Of a stretch of DNA of 64,000 nucleotides, positions 1 through 13,029 are shown piece by piece. Source of the stretch: the human T2T-CHM13v2.0 reference genome, Homo sapiens; NCBI RefSeq assembly GCF_009914755.1, contig NC_060929.1. One strand, written 5' to 3'. Positions within the stretch are counted from its first letter, which is position 1, and each line of letters begins with the position of its first letter. Position numbers and translations under genes: made by a program. The notes under the pieces are model-generated. The model was not told the origin of the DNA and searched no databases. It worked only from the letters and a program-made list of their open reading frames with translations.

Positions 1-56
1 CTCTACTTAAATTCTCATCTCATTACTGTTAATTGTGTTTTTCTCTGTAGGTAAGT
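1..56 (+). promoter_or_regulatory. Candidate recursive splice site: 3' splice site immediately followed by a 5' splice site
   Basis: gtgtttttctctgtAG (AG at 49-50) abuts GTAAGT (51-56). No other AG in 1-48. YTNAY branch candidates ctcat (14-18, 19-23) and ttaat (29-33). Confidence 0.5.
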
Positions 57-3000
57 ACTAACTAGGCCATAAAAAGAAGTGCTTCTGGTCAAATTTCATA
101 TTGACTCTGAAGTGAATGATGTGGCACACTGTAGAAGGCCTTGTCAATGCAATCGCTGTCACTAATGATTATTTCTCCAGCTCAAGGAGGTGCTCTGCTG
201 GGCTGGCTGCATGCTGAGTGAATTCTTGCATTGGTGACAAACACAGGCTCTAATGTCATGAAAACAGTGCAGTCTTATGCAAGTGTAAGTCATCACTGGG
301 TTAGTATTCTTTTTATTGTTGTTGGAACATTGGTTAATTCAATTCTGTCTCTGAATTGAACTTTAACTAGGATTTGTTTTTATGACAACTAAGAGCATTG
401 CTCATAAATGAAGAAAAATGAGGATTGAAATGGTTCTCACAAGTCTTTCTTTTAACGTTGTGTCTGAATATAGTAGAATTGTGTGGTTCTTGTGGTTGTT
501 TCAGCACAGTTTACTATGTAGGTTCAAATAGTTCCTGAGTCCATAATGTCCCCGAAAATAGAACATCTGCTTATACGAAGCCTTATATTGCATATTAAGC
601 CCATTTAGGTGTATTCAGCTCTATATATCTACCACTTTCAACATTAACAAAGGATTTTGAGTTTTAGACAAAAATCTAAATCATTAAGTGGAATAAAAAA
701 CAGTGCTATTTAAGTTGAATTGCTATAAACATAAATATTATGTAATAGATCGAGGATTATACATTGCAGGAAGATTTTATTTTTGTACCCCTAGGTGCAC
801 AGAATTTTATTGATATTCATCATAATCTTTGGTTCAAGAAACATATGGTTCAATATTTTTAATAATATAATGAACATCCAGGAACCCACTGCCCAACCCC
901 AGAGCAAGAACATCGCCAAAAGTAAAATCTATTGTTACTATTACTCTTTATTAACTTGTATTGTCCCCTACTTGTTGTTTTAATTATCATCATCATCATA
1001 ATTTTATTGAGGCTGAGCAACACCAGCACATAGATTTTTGAAATATATCAGTTATTAAATTTTACTCACAAGCTATGTAAACTGCATGCTGCAGAAGATT
1101 AAGCTAATACAACCAATACTGCACATTTGTGGTCAATCAAAAAATATCACACTCCTTTAGGAGTTCTCTATTTGCAATTGTAGCCTAAACTGCAGACCTT
1201 GTGAGAGAATTCTGCTCCTAGCAGGTATCAATATCCCACATCCCTGAGCCTGTGTGACTGTGTAGTTGCCATCTCGGTTCTTCCACCTATTCATTTATTC
1301 AGAGGAAATTTTCTGAGCATCAGACACTGGGCTTTTTACCAGGGTTTCAAACACAAAATGGGGGAGGCCTAGTTGCGGAGAGATTGTTGTAATTTGACGT
1401 AATAAGTATGAGAAAAGCTGTGTGCTAAGGAGGTGGTTTGAGCAGGAGAAAGGAAACGTACTTCTTTCTGTTCTGGGAATGTTAGGGAAGGCAGCCAGAG
1501 AAGTTGATGTTGACATGAGGATTTTCCTGATGAAGAAGAGGCGGAAGTTTAACACAACACTGAATAAAGTTACTTTAATGGAGAATGGGGAGGGAGATTT
1601 GAGATGACTCTTCTTCCTCCTCTGAAAGCCTGCTAGCTTTGTCCAGTTGTTTTCACCTGCCACTAGTCAGAGAAGGAAAGACTTCAAACTTCAAAATACT
1701 CTGAGACCCCATCCCTTAGTTGGGGTTTCTTTTGTGCAGATGCTATTGGAGCTCAGGTTTTTTTGAACAAATGGAAAGATATACTTGTACTGTCTCAGAA
1801 TGTGCCATGTATAAATATAATGAGCAGCAAGCATATAGTTGGGAGAAGCCACTGTGGATCCAACATCTTTACTAACCCCAAGGATAAAAGACTGTCCTAT
1901 AATTATCAGTGATATTACAGTGCCGTTCCAGAAGTAGCTGCCCTTCTGTCTCTTAAGCAGGTACACAGTTTTGTCTTTTCTCCAATGGAAGTACAAAATG
2001 CATTTGGAAAACTCCCAAGAACCAAACAGAGCCATGTCCCCTGAGTCTCCTACCTCATCTGCTTACTGGAGGTAATGGGGGAAAGACTAGTAACCAAGGA
2101 TTAGAAAATCACATTTGGAGTCTCTATAATGATGCCGTGGCAACAATTCTTTGTTTCTTATAGTAATTGAGTCAAAGGCTTATAGTAATATGATTCTACA
2201 GCCAGAGCAGACAGCAGATTTCTGTGGACCTTACTCTCTCAATTAGATTTCTGTGGCTTAGCCACAGGAAACCATCAGAGGTTAAAGACTTAATTTTTCT
2301 CAATGGTGTGTCCTGAAGAAAAATGATCAGTATGCAGTTTTCCTACTGTCTCTATGTCTTGTAACATTTTAGTTTATCTTCCCTTTCCTGCCATTGTCAT
2401 TATGGCTATTATTATTATGGTTGTGATAAATGGGCTGATGGTGTCCTTGTTCTCACTTTCTGGGATTATCCTCTAGTTTGAAGAGTCTGCCCTGTGTGCT
2501 GGGAGACACACAGTTCATCCAGACTGACCCCAAATCTTCTTTAATGGGCATGGGTTAGATTCACAAAGTTCATTTTCTCTTCCCCTTCATAAACCTTAGT
2601 TTTAAAATCACCCCCATCTGGTGGTAAATAAATTCATTCAGAAGATTCATTTAAATTTCCTCTCAGCAGATGGAAACAATGGACTTTTGTGGACTGTGCC
2701 GAAAGTTATTTTCAGTTTTCAAAAACACCAACCAGTACTCGTGGGCAAGGGTAAGATATAACAAGACAATGAGTGGTAAGGTGCAGGGCATGATCTATTT
2801 GATACTTGGAAGATGCTTGGAGGGTTCTTTTCCATGCTTTATAATCTTGAGAGCATTAGAATGGTGTTACCTTATTTTCCTTCTTCTGACTCCGTGGGGG
2901 CCCTATAAGGTGAAGATTTGGATATTCTGCATTTTGCCGAGCAATGAAAACTTAACCGTCAGGAGCTGTGCCCTGAGAACCGGTCATGATTTGTAATGAC

Positions 3001-3115
3001 ACCTGCAGAAAATCATAGGGAGGGCTGGAAACCAGAAAACCACGATTCAATTTCTGCATCTCCCTTTGATTCCAAAGGCAAATGGCACAGGATTTTTTAA
3101 ATTCATTTCACTTAT

Positions 3116-3722
3116 TGTGATGATTAATTTTATGTGTCCACTTGACTGCCCAGAGAGCTGGTAAAACATTATTTCTGGGTGTGTCTGTGAGGGTGTTTCT
3201 GGAAGATATTAGCGTTGGAATTCTAATAAAGAGGATCTGTCCTCACCAATGTGGGTGGGCATCATCCAATCCATTGGAGGCCCAAATAGAACAAAAAGGC
3301 AGAGGAAGGATGAATTCTCTCTTCTCAAGCAGAAACATCCATCTTCTCCTGCCCTCTGACATCAGAGTTCCTAATTCTTGGGCTTTTGGACTGCAGGACT
3401 TAACAACAGCAATTCTCAGGCCTTTGGCCTTGGACTGGGAGTTACAGCATGGTCTCGCCTGGTTTTTGAGCCTTTGGACTCAGACTGAATTACACTCCTG
3501 GCTTTCTTGGTTTTCTACCTTGCAAATGACAGGTGGTAGAATTTTCTGGCCTCCACAATCTTGTGAGCCAATTCCCATGATAAATCTCCTTTGAGGTGTC
3601 TCCCACTCTCTTTCTCTCTTTCTTTCTTTTCTTTTCTTTTCTTTTCTTTTCTTTTCTTTCTTTCTCTCTCTGCCTCTCTTTTCTTGTTGGTTCTGTTTCT
3701 CTAGAAAATCCTTACTAATACA
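3116..3722 (+). mobile_element. MLT2-family (ERVL) solo LTR
   Basis: Starts TGtgatgattaattttatgtgtc and ends ttctgtttctctagaaaatccttactaataCA, matching MLT2 ends. Perfect 5-bp TSD cttat at 3111-3115 and 3723-3727. Confidence 0.9.
3606..3670 (+). repeat. (CTTTT)n/(CT)n microsatellite inside the MLT2 LTR
   Basis: Direct reading: ctttt repeated several times flanked by ct runs. Confidence 0.9.
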
Positions 3723-3974
3723 CTTATGCCAGTTTTTTGTTTATTTATAGAAGTGAGTGGATGACTCAGGTTTACCTCTTCTACTTTGTGAGACAAGGTA
3801 CAGAAAGTTCCTGTTCCTCACACCCACTAAGGGTGGGGAAAGACATTTATCACTATCTCTTCCCTTCTTTCTTAGGACACAAGTTCACAGAAAAAAAAAA
3901 AAAACCATGAAAAATCTCCCATGAGTTATCTTTGAGTTACCCAAGAGCTTCAATAAGCTTTCCCGAGTTCCTTA

Positions 3975-4128
3975 CAAATCCTCACACATTGGATTCTCTT
4001 TGCAACATTATGATGTAGGTGTGATTATGATTCCCGGTTTGTAGACGAGAATACTGAGGCACAGAAGGGTAAAGTAATTTTCTTAAGTTCACACAGCTAG
4101 TGAGATGTGGAACAGGGATTCAAACTAA
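3975..4128 (-). mobile_element. MIR SINE
   Basis: actgaggcacagaagggtaaagtaatt...cacacagctagt...ggattcaaac is the reverse complement of the MIR core. Confidence 0.85.
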
Positions 4129-5382
4129 ATAGTTTATTATGGATACCCCACCCTCAGTCTCTACACTTGGCTGGTTCTTCTCTAGTATTTCTTAGATAAA
4201 TATATGCCACACGTCTGTTTAAAAAGCAAAGAAGCCGACATGCACGTACAACTTCTTTATTATCTGAGGTGACTGGTAATTTTGTGCCCACCGTTTTCCA
4301 AGTACAGTGAGCCCTGATCCTAACTAAGGCCACTGACAATTTGGAGGGTGCCACAAACAATATTGTTGGCTGTTTTGTTGATCAGCCTACCCTTCCTAAG
4401 ATTTAGGAAAATTGTGTCCATAAGCTCAAACCCCAAAAGTATTAATGAATCAAAACAAAATGAACAGGCTTCTCAATTGTAAACTCCAAAGGAAAGTATA
4501 GAATAAGCAATGGCGGTGTTTTGATAGTCAAGGTCAAAGAATTCATTTCCTTTTTCAGAATGAACCACTTTTACTGTGTCAGACTTTATAGTCTTGTATA
4601 ATTTATGTACTCCCCTGATGTTGGAGGTTCATGGAAATTCAATGAAATTGCTCTAGGAAACCATAATCATCGATTTATTGAATTTTGGATCCTCCTCTGG
4701 GGATTATGTTTAATGCCCCCTTTTACAATTCCAGTGTTCTATGTGACATCTGAGCAATGAGTATTTTCCCCTAATGTGGTATTAAGATTACAGACCCAAA
4801 TTGTGTTGATGTGTAGCAAAATGACAGTTATTTGTTGACTCATTTGACTGTCCTTGTCTTGGACTCTATGTTCCAGTATAGGGTAGGAAATAAATTGCTG
4901 AAATGTCTATTCTCTCTGAATTTCAGAAAACAAATTGCAACAGAGACCTATCCCAAATTAAGTGTACTTCCTGTTTTCCACTTAATTTGGAAGTTTCATT
5001 TAATCTAATAATAATGCTTTCTGGGCATGAAATTCCACAGCTCCCCGCTGTAAAAGACAACATAGGTAAAGATGCTAGCTGGTGAGTGAAAATAGCTCAG
5101 AAATGGGTAAAAAGCTAATGTATCATGAGTATCTACTGTGTGCTAGGAATGATACTAGCGCTTTATAGTATAAAGCCAATTCTCAAACCAATCCTATTAG
5201 ACGGTTAGTAATCACATCATTTTATGACTAAAGAAAGCAATATTCTAAGACTTTGAGTATTTTCCCCATAGGTTCAAGTTAAATAAGGACTGAGGCTGAG
5301 ATGCAAATATGGGTCAGCCTGTTGTAACATGTGTTCTTCTTCCATCAAACAATGCCCACCACGAGTCAGAAGATCTGGATTT

Positions 5383-6130
5383 GTTCATTCATCCATTTAT
5401 TCCACAGATTTTTTCTTGAGCACCTACTATGTGCCAGTTACTCTTCTAGTCTCAGCAGTTCAACAGTATTCAAGATAGAAATTCTGACTTTTCTAAATCC
5501 TTGCCTTCAAGGTGGTGATGAGGGGCAGGTTGAGGGGAGACGATACACAATACACAAATAAATAAAATTTATAATATACGTTCTTATGAAAATAAAACAA
5601 TGAGATTTCCTCTAGATTGAATGGTCAGGGAGCACCTTGTTGAACAGGTGGCATGGCGAATTTGATCAGAAGGAGCAGCTATCAGGGAGAAGAGCTTCCA
5701 GGTAGAGGGCACAGCTTGTATAAAAAGACCCTAAGGAGGAAATGTGTACATGGGCAACTGAAAGAAGGAAAGGGTGGTGAAGCACGCTGAGCAAGGGGAG
5801 AGCAGGCAGGAAATGTGGCTGGAGAGGTATGTGGTGCTCACATCATGTATAGCCTCACTGGCCAGAGGAACATGTTTGGACTTTTAATGTGTTACAGGAA
5901 GCACCTGGAGGGTGCTAAACAGAGGACTGATATAACTTGTTCATTTCTGAAATCCAAAGAATGGGTTAAAGGGGGAAGTGTGGAATTGAGAGGACCAGTT
6001 AGGTAGTTATAATACTAACAAGACAGACAAAAGTCGCTGGTGCCTCCACCAGGGTGGTGGCAATGGAGATGGGGAAAAGTGGACTATTTAGAAAGGAATC
6101 CTGGAGACAGACTCATCAGGACTAGGTGGT
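5383..6130 (-). mobile_element. L2 LINE 3' portion
   Basis: ttcattcatccatt...ttgagcacctactatgtgccag is the antisense L2 3' terminus, followed by typical purine-rich antisense L2 body. Confidence 0.8.
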
Positions 6131-6199
6131 GCCTCTATATGCTAAGTTTTGTTGCACAGGAAATGGGGGACTTTTCAAAGTAGTATCGCTGGGCATCAA

Positions 6200-7640
6200 C
6201 CTTGTAAAAATGAAGACTAGTTGGATTCCAGTTGTTTAAGTCTAAGTTTCACAATAAGCAGTTGTAAAATATAACAGGGAGGAGGTTCCATTCACATAAA
6301 AGCAGACATGAAGAAAGCGAATGCATTATTGAGAGAAGACAAAGAAAACCCGAATATGTAGACACACTTTGCTTTTCCTGGAAGGAACAATTTACTCAAA
6401 TTATAAGGTTATCAGTTCTTTCGAAATTATACCAATAGTGTAACAAAATTCTAACCATAAAAAATTTTTTTTGAAAACAGAATAATTTTTAAATACATTT
6501 AAATGAATAAACAGTTGGTAATAATGAAGAGAAAACTGCCATCTGAGACATTAATATGGCTTATAAAGCTATAATAATGAAAATAGATAATAGTGGCATA
6601 GGAATCAGGACAAAAGTCTATGAAATGGAGCAGTAATTCTAGATATAAACAGAACTATATATAATGTTTTAGTATAAAATACAGATCTAATTTTAAATGA
6701 GTTATGGATTGACAGATTGTATAGTAAATATTGTTGTGACATTTGGCTTAATAAATTACATCTTACATCAAAAAATGCTGCATAATTTAAACATTTCAAT
6801 TTAAAAAATAGTTTGGAAGTACAAGAAGAAAATTTAGGTGAGTATTTTTATAACTTTGAAGTAGAGAGAGATTCTTTTTAAAGATATCAACAATAGAAAT
6901 CAAAGAAGAAAGACAAAAATTTAAGTTATCTGCAATTAATTAAAAATTAAAAGAAAATGAAATAATCTGGGGAAATATACTGGACACATTATTTTGGCAA
7001 GCAATTACTATACAACAAGCCCTGAAAGAAAAATAAACTATTGACATGAGTAGGGATTTCACAAAAGGCGTGATACTAATCCCAAAGAACATAGGAAAAA
7101 TGTTTCACCCAGTAATAATTAAGGAAGACAAATAAAGCGTCGGTGAGATCTTATTATTTCCCCATTCAAATTGGCAAAGACGATAAAATGCCTATATCCA
7201 ATGCTGATAATTGTGTGCAGAAAAGGGGGGTTTAATACATTGCTGTGGGAATGAACATTCATATACTTTCGCCAGGGAATTTGGCAATATGTGAAAAATG
7301 TACATTTCGTTTCTAGGAATTTATCCTAAAGAGATAAAAGTGTGTGTAAGAATGTACCTGTTAGAATATTTATCACAGTACTCTGTATAAGACCCATGAT
7401 GTCCAAGAATTGCTTACATACATTATGGTACAGGGATAACCATGGAAACCAGTATTAAATATGATGTGGTAGAAATGTATTTATTGATGTAGAAAGACCT
7501 CCACAAGGTATTTCAAATGAAAATACAAAGCTTATACAACAGTACATGAAGCATGATCTCCATCCTCCTTTTTTGTTAAATTGTGAATATATGTAGAGTG
7601 TATGTTTGTAGAAGAGATTTTGTAAAGTTATCCCTGAGCG
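6200..7640 (+). mobile_element. Ancient L1M fragment (decayed ORF2 3' end and 3' UTR)
   Basis: A-rich strand with L1-like segments such as aaagctataataatgaaaatagataatagtggcatagg and tttctaggaatttatcctaaagagataa. Boundaries approximate. Confidence 0.7.
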
Positions 7641-7652
7641 AATATGGATATA

Positions 7653-8084
7653 CAGCTGACCTTGAACAACACAGAGGGTAAGAGAGCTGACCCCAACCAC
7701 AGTTGAAAATCCTAGTATAACTTTTGATTCCCTCCAAATTTAGCTATGAATAGTCTACTGTTGACTAGAAGCCTGACTGATAGCATAAAGAACTGATTAA
7801 CACATATTTTGTATGCTATATGTATTATATACTACATTCTTAAAGTAAGCTAGGGAAAAGAAAATGTTAAGAAAATCATAAGGAAGAGAAAATATATTTA
7901 CCATTCACTGAGTGAAAGTGGGCCATCATAGAGGTCTTAATCATCATCATCTTGTTGAGTGGGCTCAGGAGGAGGAAGAAGGGAAGGGTTTTGGGCGTGC
8001 TGTCTCTGGAGTGGCAGAGGGGAAAGACAATCCACTTGTAAGTGGGCCCATGCAGTTCAAACCATGTTGTTCAAGGGTCAGCTA
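7653..8084 (-). mobile_element. Tigger2a-like (TcMar-Tigger) non-autonomous DNA transposon
   Basis: TIRs cagctgaccttgaacaaca ... tgttgttcaagggtcagct with TA at both flanks. Confidence 0.85.
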
Positions 8085-8245
8085 TAGTTGTTTTTGTTCT
8101 CCTTTTTAATGTGGCTAATTAAAAAAATTTCTATTATCAACCTATTTGAAAGTGTGGGCTCTGGATTCAGGTGGACCTGTGTATATCTTGACACCAGGAG
8201 AGTTAACTAACATAACCTGAAGCTTTCAACTATAAAACGTATATG

Positions 8246-8582
8246 CAGTTGTACACAACATAATGACATTTTGATCAATGACAAAATGCTTATACATAGG
8301 TGTATCATATGCTTATACATAAGATTATAAAGGAGCTGAAAAATTTATATCACACAAATACTTACCATTGTGTTACTATTTCCTTACACTATTTAGTACA
8401 GTAACATGCTGTGCGGGTTTTCAGTCTAGGAGCAATAGGCTGTACCATATAGCCTAGGTGTGTAGTAGGCTATATACCATCTAGGTTTGCATAAGTATAC
8501 TCCACGATGTTTGCACAACAACAAAATTGCATAACAATGCATTTCTCAGAACATATCCCTGTCATGAAGTGACTCGTGACTA
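8246..8582 (+). mobile_element. Tigger3/MER7-like DNA transposon
   Basis: Contains agcaataggctgtaccatatagcctaggtgtgtagtaggcta and gcatttctcagaacatatccc, typical of Tigger3. Confidence 0.85.
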
Positions 8583-11039
8583 TATTTCTTATTTCTCGCC
8601 TGTGTCAAAGAGTGTCACCATGCAGGTTGCCAACAGCCAGGGCAATGCAATGATCACTTTGGGAGGATGATAAAACTACCCTGAAATTACTGTTTCAGGG
8701 TATAATTCCTGAGAGTGCCACATCCTCTACAGTTTCAGTTGATCAGCTGGGAAACTAGTTGATTTTGGAGAAAAATAGGCTAGGAATAGCATCTGTAAAC
8801 ACTTTTAAGTAGTTTTAATGTTTTCCTACATGATGGATAAGCAAGATATAGCATATTAAAGCAACAGCGAGAGAATTTAAAAATTTGATTTGCTTCAAAG
8901 GGTTTGTGATACAAACACAGTGCATGTGATTCCTTCTGAAATATGCCCTGAAAGGGGCAGGAACCAGTCTGTGGGTTATTTATCCCCAAAGGTGTCTTTG
9001 TTCAGACCCATGGTCACGCCATTCATGTTTCAAGAAATAATATTTTCCAAAGTGGTGCCTCTTAAGCTTTTGTTTAGTTATACTTCTAGTTCTCTGGGGC
9101 TGAAGGTAAGAAGGGAGGATTAATTATGCCTCAGATGAATGTCCTTTTGCCATTAAACTCTTGGCTCCTTACTCTGCTTTTCTTCTCTTGCTCAATTTCT
9201 TCTTTCTTCACCTTATCTGTGAAACACATTAATCTCCTATTATCAGTTTTTCATGCAGTAATAGATAGACTTGACTGTTATTGAGGAATGCTTTATCCAC
9301 ACTTTTTTCATATTTTTCATGTGCATAAATGCATTCTCCCATCTGAAGGTTGCAGGGAGCAGGGTGATCATGAGTTATAGAACCTCTTTGTCTAGCCAAG
9401 GAATGCCACCAGAATTTTTAAAGGAGCTTCCCCTCTAGTCCTTTAAGCTAAGAAAGTGGGTGAGTCTGGGAATGGCCTGTAGATTTTTTTTTTTTTTCCA
9501 ACAGGCATTCATTTTAGTTGCAAGAGAAGAACTGGAGCCAGTGAAATATATACAGGCTGAGAAGTGGCTTATTTGAGTTAATATGGAAAAATAGAAAATA
9601 ATGGGAACTAGGTCAAAAATGGCAAAAGGGATTATAGCTTAAATGGAGACAGGCTTCCAGACAATGAAGGGAAGAGGGTCTGGTAGTAATAGTGTCTATA
9701 AACCCATACCCACCAGCTTCACATCTGGTGGTAAGTAGGAGGCCAAAGGAATACTGTGATGAATCGACAGATGACAAAAATGGAAATGAGAAAGAGTTGT
9801 TAGGCTCTGCGGAGCTGGATGGACGTACAGAGGATGAGGAGGGCTTGAGTTAGGAGAATGCAGGGGAGCTTCTTTTCCAGTCTCTTCATGGGTGGCCAGG
9901 TGATTGACACACAGGAGATGAGAGGGAGGCAGAATGGTAGATGGAAGGAATGGTGAGAGGATGGGCATGGGATTTCCTGTTGCAATGACCTGCTGGGAGT
10001 TCAGGTGTCACCATCTGTGACTTCTTCAGATACTCCAGTTTTTCCCCCTGTAAGCCTTGTGGCTTTCCTGTCACTGTTAATTTGCAGCAGTCTCCTTGAA
10101 ACCAGACGCCAGGAAGAAGTCAACTACTAAGTAGGGTCCTTCTTAGCTAGGACCCCTGTATCTTCCCTAATATCCTGTTACTCAGTCTTTTTCCCTCCAG
10201 CCTCCTGCCTCCCAGGGAGGCCATGCATGCTCAGACATGACAGCCTTTAGGACTTTAGCACTGATTCTCCAAGCTTTGCCAGTCTTTTCCATTATTGAAC
10301 CAGGACACATACCAGCTGGGTTTAAGAGAGCAGCTGGATGCCTTTCAAGACTCATCTGAACTTCAGCTGCAGTGTATTTTTTGTGTGTTTGTCTACATTA
10401 GGGATGTCTGTTCATGCTGGGAAGCTGAGCAGGAATCCTTTCTTTTCTACTTGCTCTGCAGAACGCCATGTGAAGGAGTATCCAGTCAATACTCTAAGGT
10501 AGTTAGGATTCCTACAGAAACAAGGGAATGGACTGTACAAAAATAACCGAAGGATCAAATATAGACATGCTGAGCTCTGGAATATGAATTCAAATGTGGC
10601 TCTTTGGCATTTGAAACCAGTACGATGTCCCAGAAGGATGAGGAAAACCCAGTCTGTAGAGTGCTTTTGTCAAGTCAGTCCCCAGCAGGGTTGGGTTAAT
10701 GCTCTGAGGCTTCCTAAGGTGTAAGAGAAATATCAAACAGCCAAGCTTAGCAAGGTCCATCCTAAGGGAGGGGCATGAGTTCTCATGGATCAACTGAAAT
10801 GCTCATAGTTCCTTTACCAGTAATGACTTAGGCACTGGCCCCCAAATGTGAGGACAATTCTTACTGTGAGGACAATCAGATAGCTCACATGGACTGTGTC
10901 TCCTGATAAGCCTTCATGACAGTTTGATGCCTGGTTATATGACAATGGATGTTGTGATTCTGAGATTTCTTACATGTTTGTCTTTCAGAGTGCTTCCTAG
11001 TTACCAAGATATGCAGTCTCAGCCAACTCTTTAAAAACT

Positions 11040-11270
11040 AAAGTTAATTTATTCAATTGGAAATAAGCACCATCTAAGGCATTGAGAGATAAAGCCATGA
11101 AGAAAAACCCCATAGATTCTTGCTTTCAAGTCTCAGACATTCTTGTAGGTGGTGAGGGGAAATGCATAATTAATAAGTTATTGCCTAGATAGTATAATAA
11201 ATGGTGATAAGCACTAAGAAAAATAAAGGCAAGAAGGGCTTAGAAAGTGTAGGGAGGGTTGACTTTGATT
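11040..11270 (-). mobile_element. L2 fragment
   Basis: Degenerate antisense L2 3' end (tttattcaa...agcaccatctaaggcattgagagata). Confidence 0.55.
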
Positions 11271-11859
11271 GTCTTAAAATATTCAGGTGTTTAGCAGTAC
11301 ACAGACACAATTTTTGATGTCTTGGTGATTATTTTCAAGTTATATTCAGTTTGGGTGAATAATATGAGATTTTCATAACACATAATTTTCAAAGCACTTT
11401 CATGTTTATTATTTCCACAAACTTTGCCTTCACCAGTCTCATGTAGATAACTATCTTGCTCCATTCAGGCTCAGATTTGAACTATATTAAAGGTAGTCTT
11501 TACAATGTATTTAGGTGATTACTGAAAAAATGCTGTGTTCCACCTTATGACTGTCTCATAGTGAACTGCATCAAGCATTCCTTCAGGAAGCCTAAGAATG
11601 AGACATCTCCCCAATGGCCTGGTGGATTGTTAAGAAGCTCTGGAGTAGGGAGTTGTTGAACACATCGGCATGCCAGTGTTCTATTACATGGCCTGGGATA
11701 TTTTTGAGGATAATCTTCTTCCTCCTTCATGGATTTGGATCATGTAAGTGACAGAGAGACCCTGCAGACCATCACAGTCACATATGTGTGGACATTTCAC
11801 AATGATTGTCATGCCCAGCCTCTGATACTCCAGCTCAGCTGTGCATTTCTCCTTGGTTG

Positions 11860-12600
11860 TCCTACTTTTCATATCAAATTCAACTTGTCTAAATGAAGCT
11901 CATCCTCCTCTGCTGGACCCTTTCCATCTGGCTTTTCCTTTCGAATCTTAAATCTTGGAGGATTCTTTACATCCCCTACCACACCTCCCCACCAACCTAA
12001 TTAGAAATCTGCTCATTTTCCTGTCCTTTCTTCTAATTGCCTGTGGGCCAGTTCAGGACTTACAAACTCTGAACACACATGTGGTGAATGGTGATAGTCT
12101 CCACCTCTCTGGTCACCTCAATGTCAATTTCAATCTTCTGTTCCTTCTGTTTGGCCTCCCATCCTCTGTGGGCATAAACCTCATGCCCTAATTAGACCAA
12201 TCTGAAAATGCCTGGCAGGTTTCCATTTTCTGTGCGCTTTGCTTATCACCCCTCCTGCTGGTCCCCAGTTAGGAGAATAAATTTCCCTTCTCTCTGTCCT
12301 CTCTAAATTTGACTCATCTTTCAAGATCTTGCTCAAATACAGCCTTCTCAAAGATAGGGTTGCTAGATAAAGTACAGAACACTCAGTGACATGTGAATTT
12401 CAGATAAACAAATACTTTTTTTTTTTTTTACTATAGGTATTTCTTAAACATTGCATGGGACATGTACTAAGAAAGCATTTGTTGCTTATCTGAAATTGAA
12501 ATTTAACTAGGCATCTTATATTGTAATTTGCTGTATCTGGCAACTCTTCTCCATGAAGTACTCTTTGACTACTCTGTCCTTCACAGAGCTTGGTTTTCGT
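11860..12600 (+). mobile_element. L2 fragment interrupted by MER53
   Basis: tcaaattcaacttgtctaaa and actcatctttcaagatcttgctcaaat are sense-L2 motifs. L2 sequence resumes after 12547. Confidence 0.6.
12355..12547. mobile_element. MER53 palindromic hAT MITE
   Basis: Ends tagggttgctagata ... tatctggcaactct. Internal arms tgaatttcagataaaca / tgcttatctgaaattgaa. Centre ttgcatgggacat. Confidence 0.9.
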
Positions 12601-12664
12601 CTCAGTGCAGGGCCTGCAGCACTTACAACCTTGAATCTTTTTACAAGAAAGTAGAGTGTAACTA

Positions 12665-13022
<358 letters not shown>

Positions 13023-13029
13023 TTAATTC

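Noticed and set aside
3142-3594. 150-aa ORF
   Set aside because: Lies entirely within the MLT2 LTR, starts at TTG and shows no protein motif.
6044-6062. CTCF-like ccaccagggtggtgg
   Set aside because: Partial motif match inside an L2 remnant and not supportable from sequence alone.
10808-10820. gttcctttaccag identical to part of the 37741 inverted-repeat arm
   Set aside because: A 13-bp match with unrelated flanks is compatible with chance.
10847-10876. 12-bp direct repeat tgtgaggacaat (similar short pairs at 8286-8321 and near 45510-45540)
   Set aside because: Two copies only. Ordinary micro-duplications, not CRISPR-like or an array.
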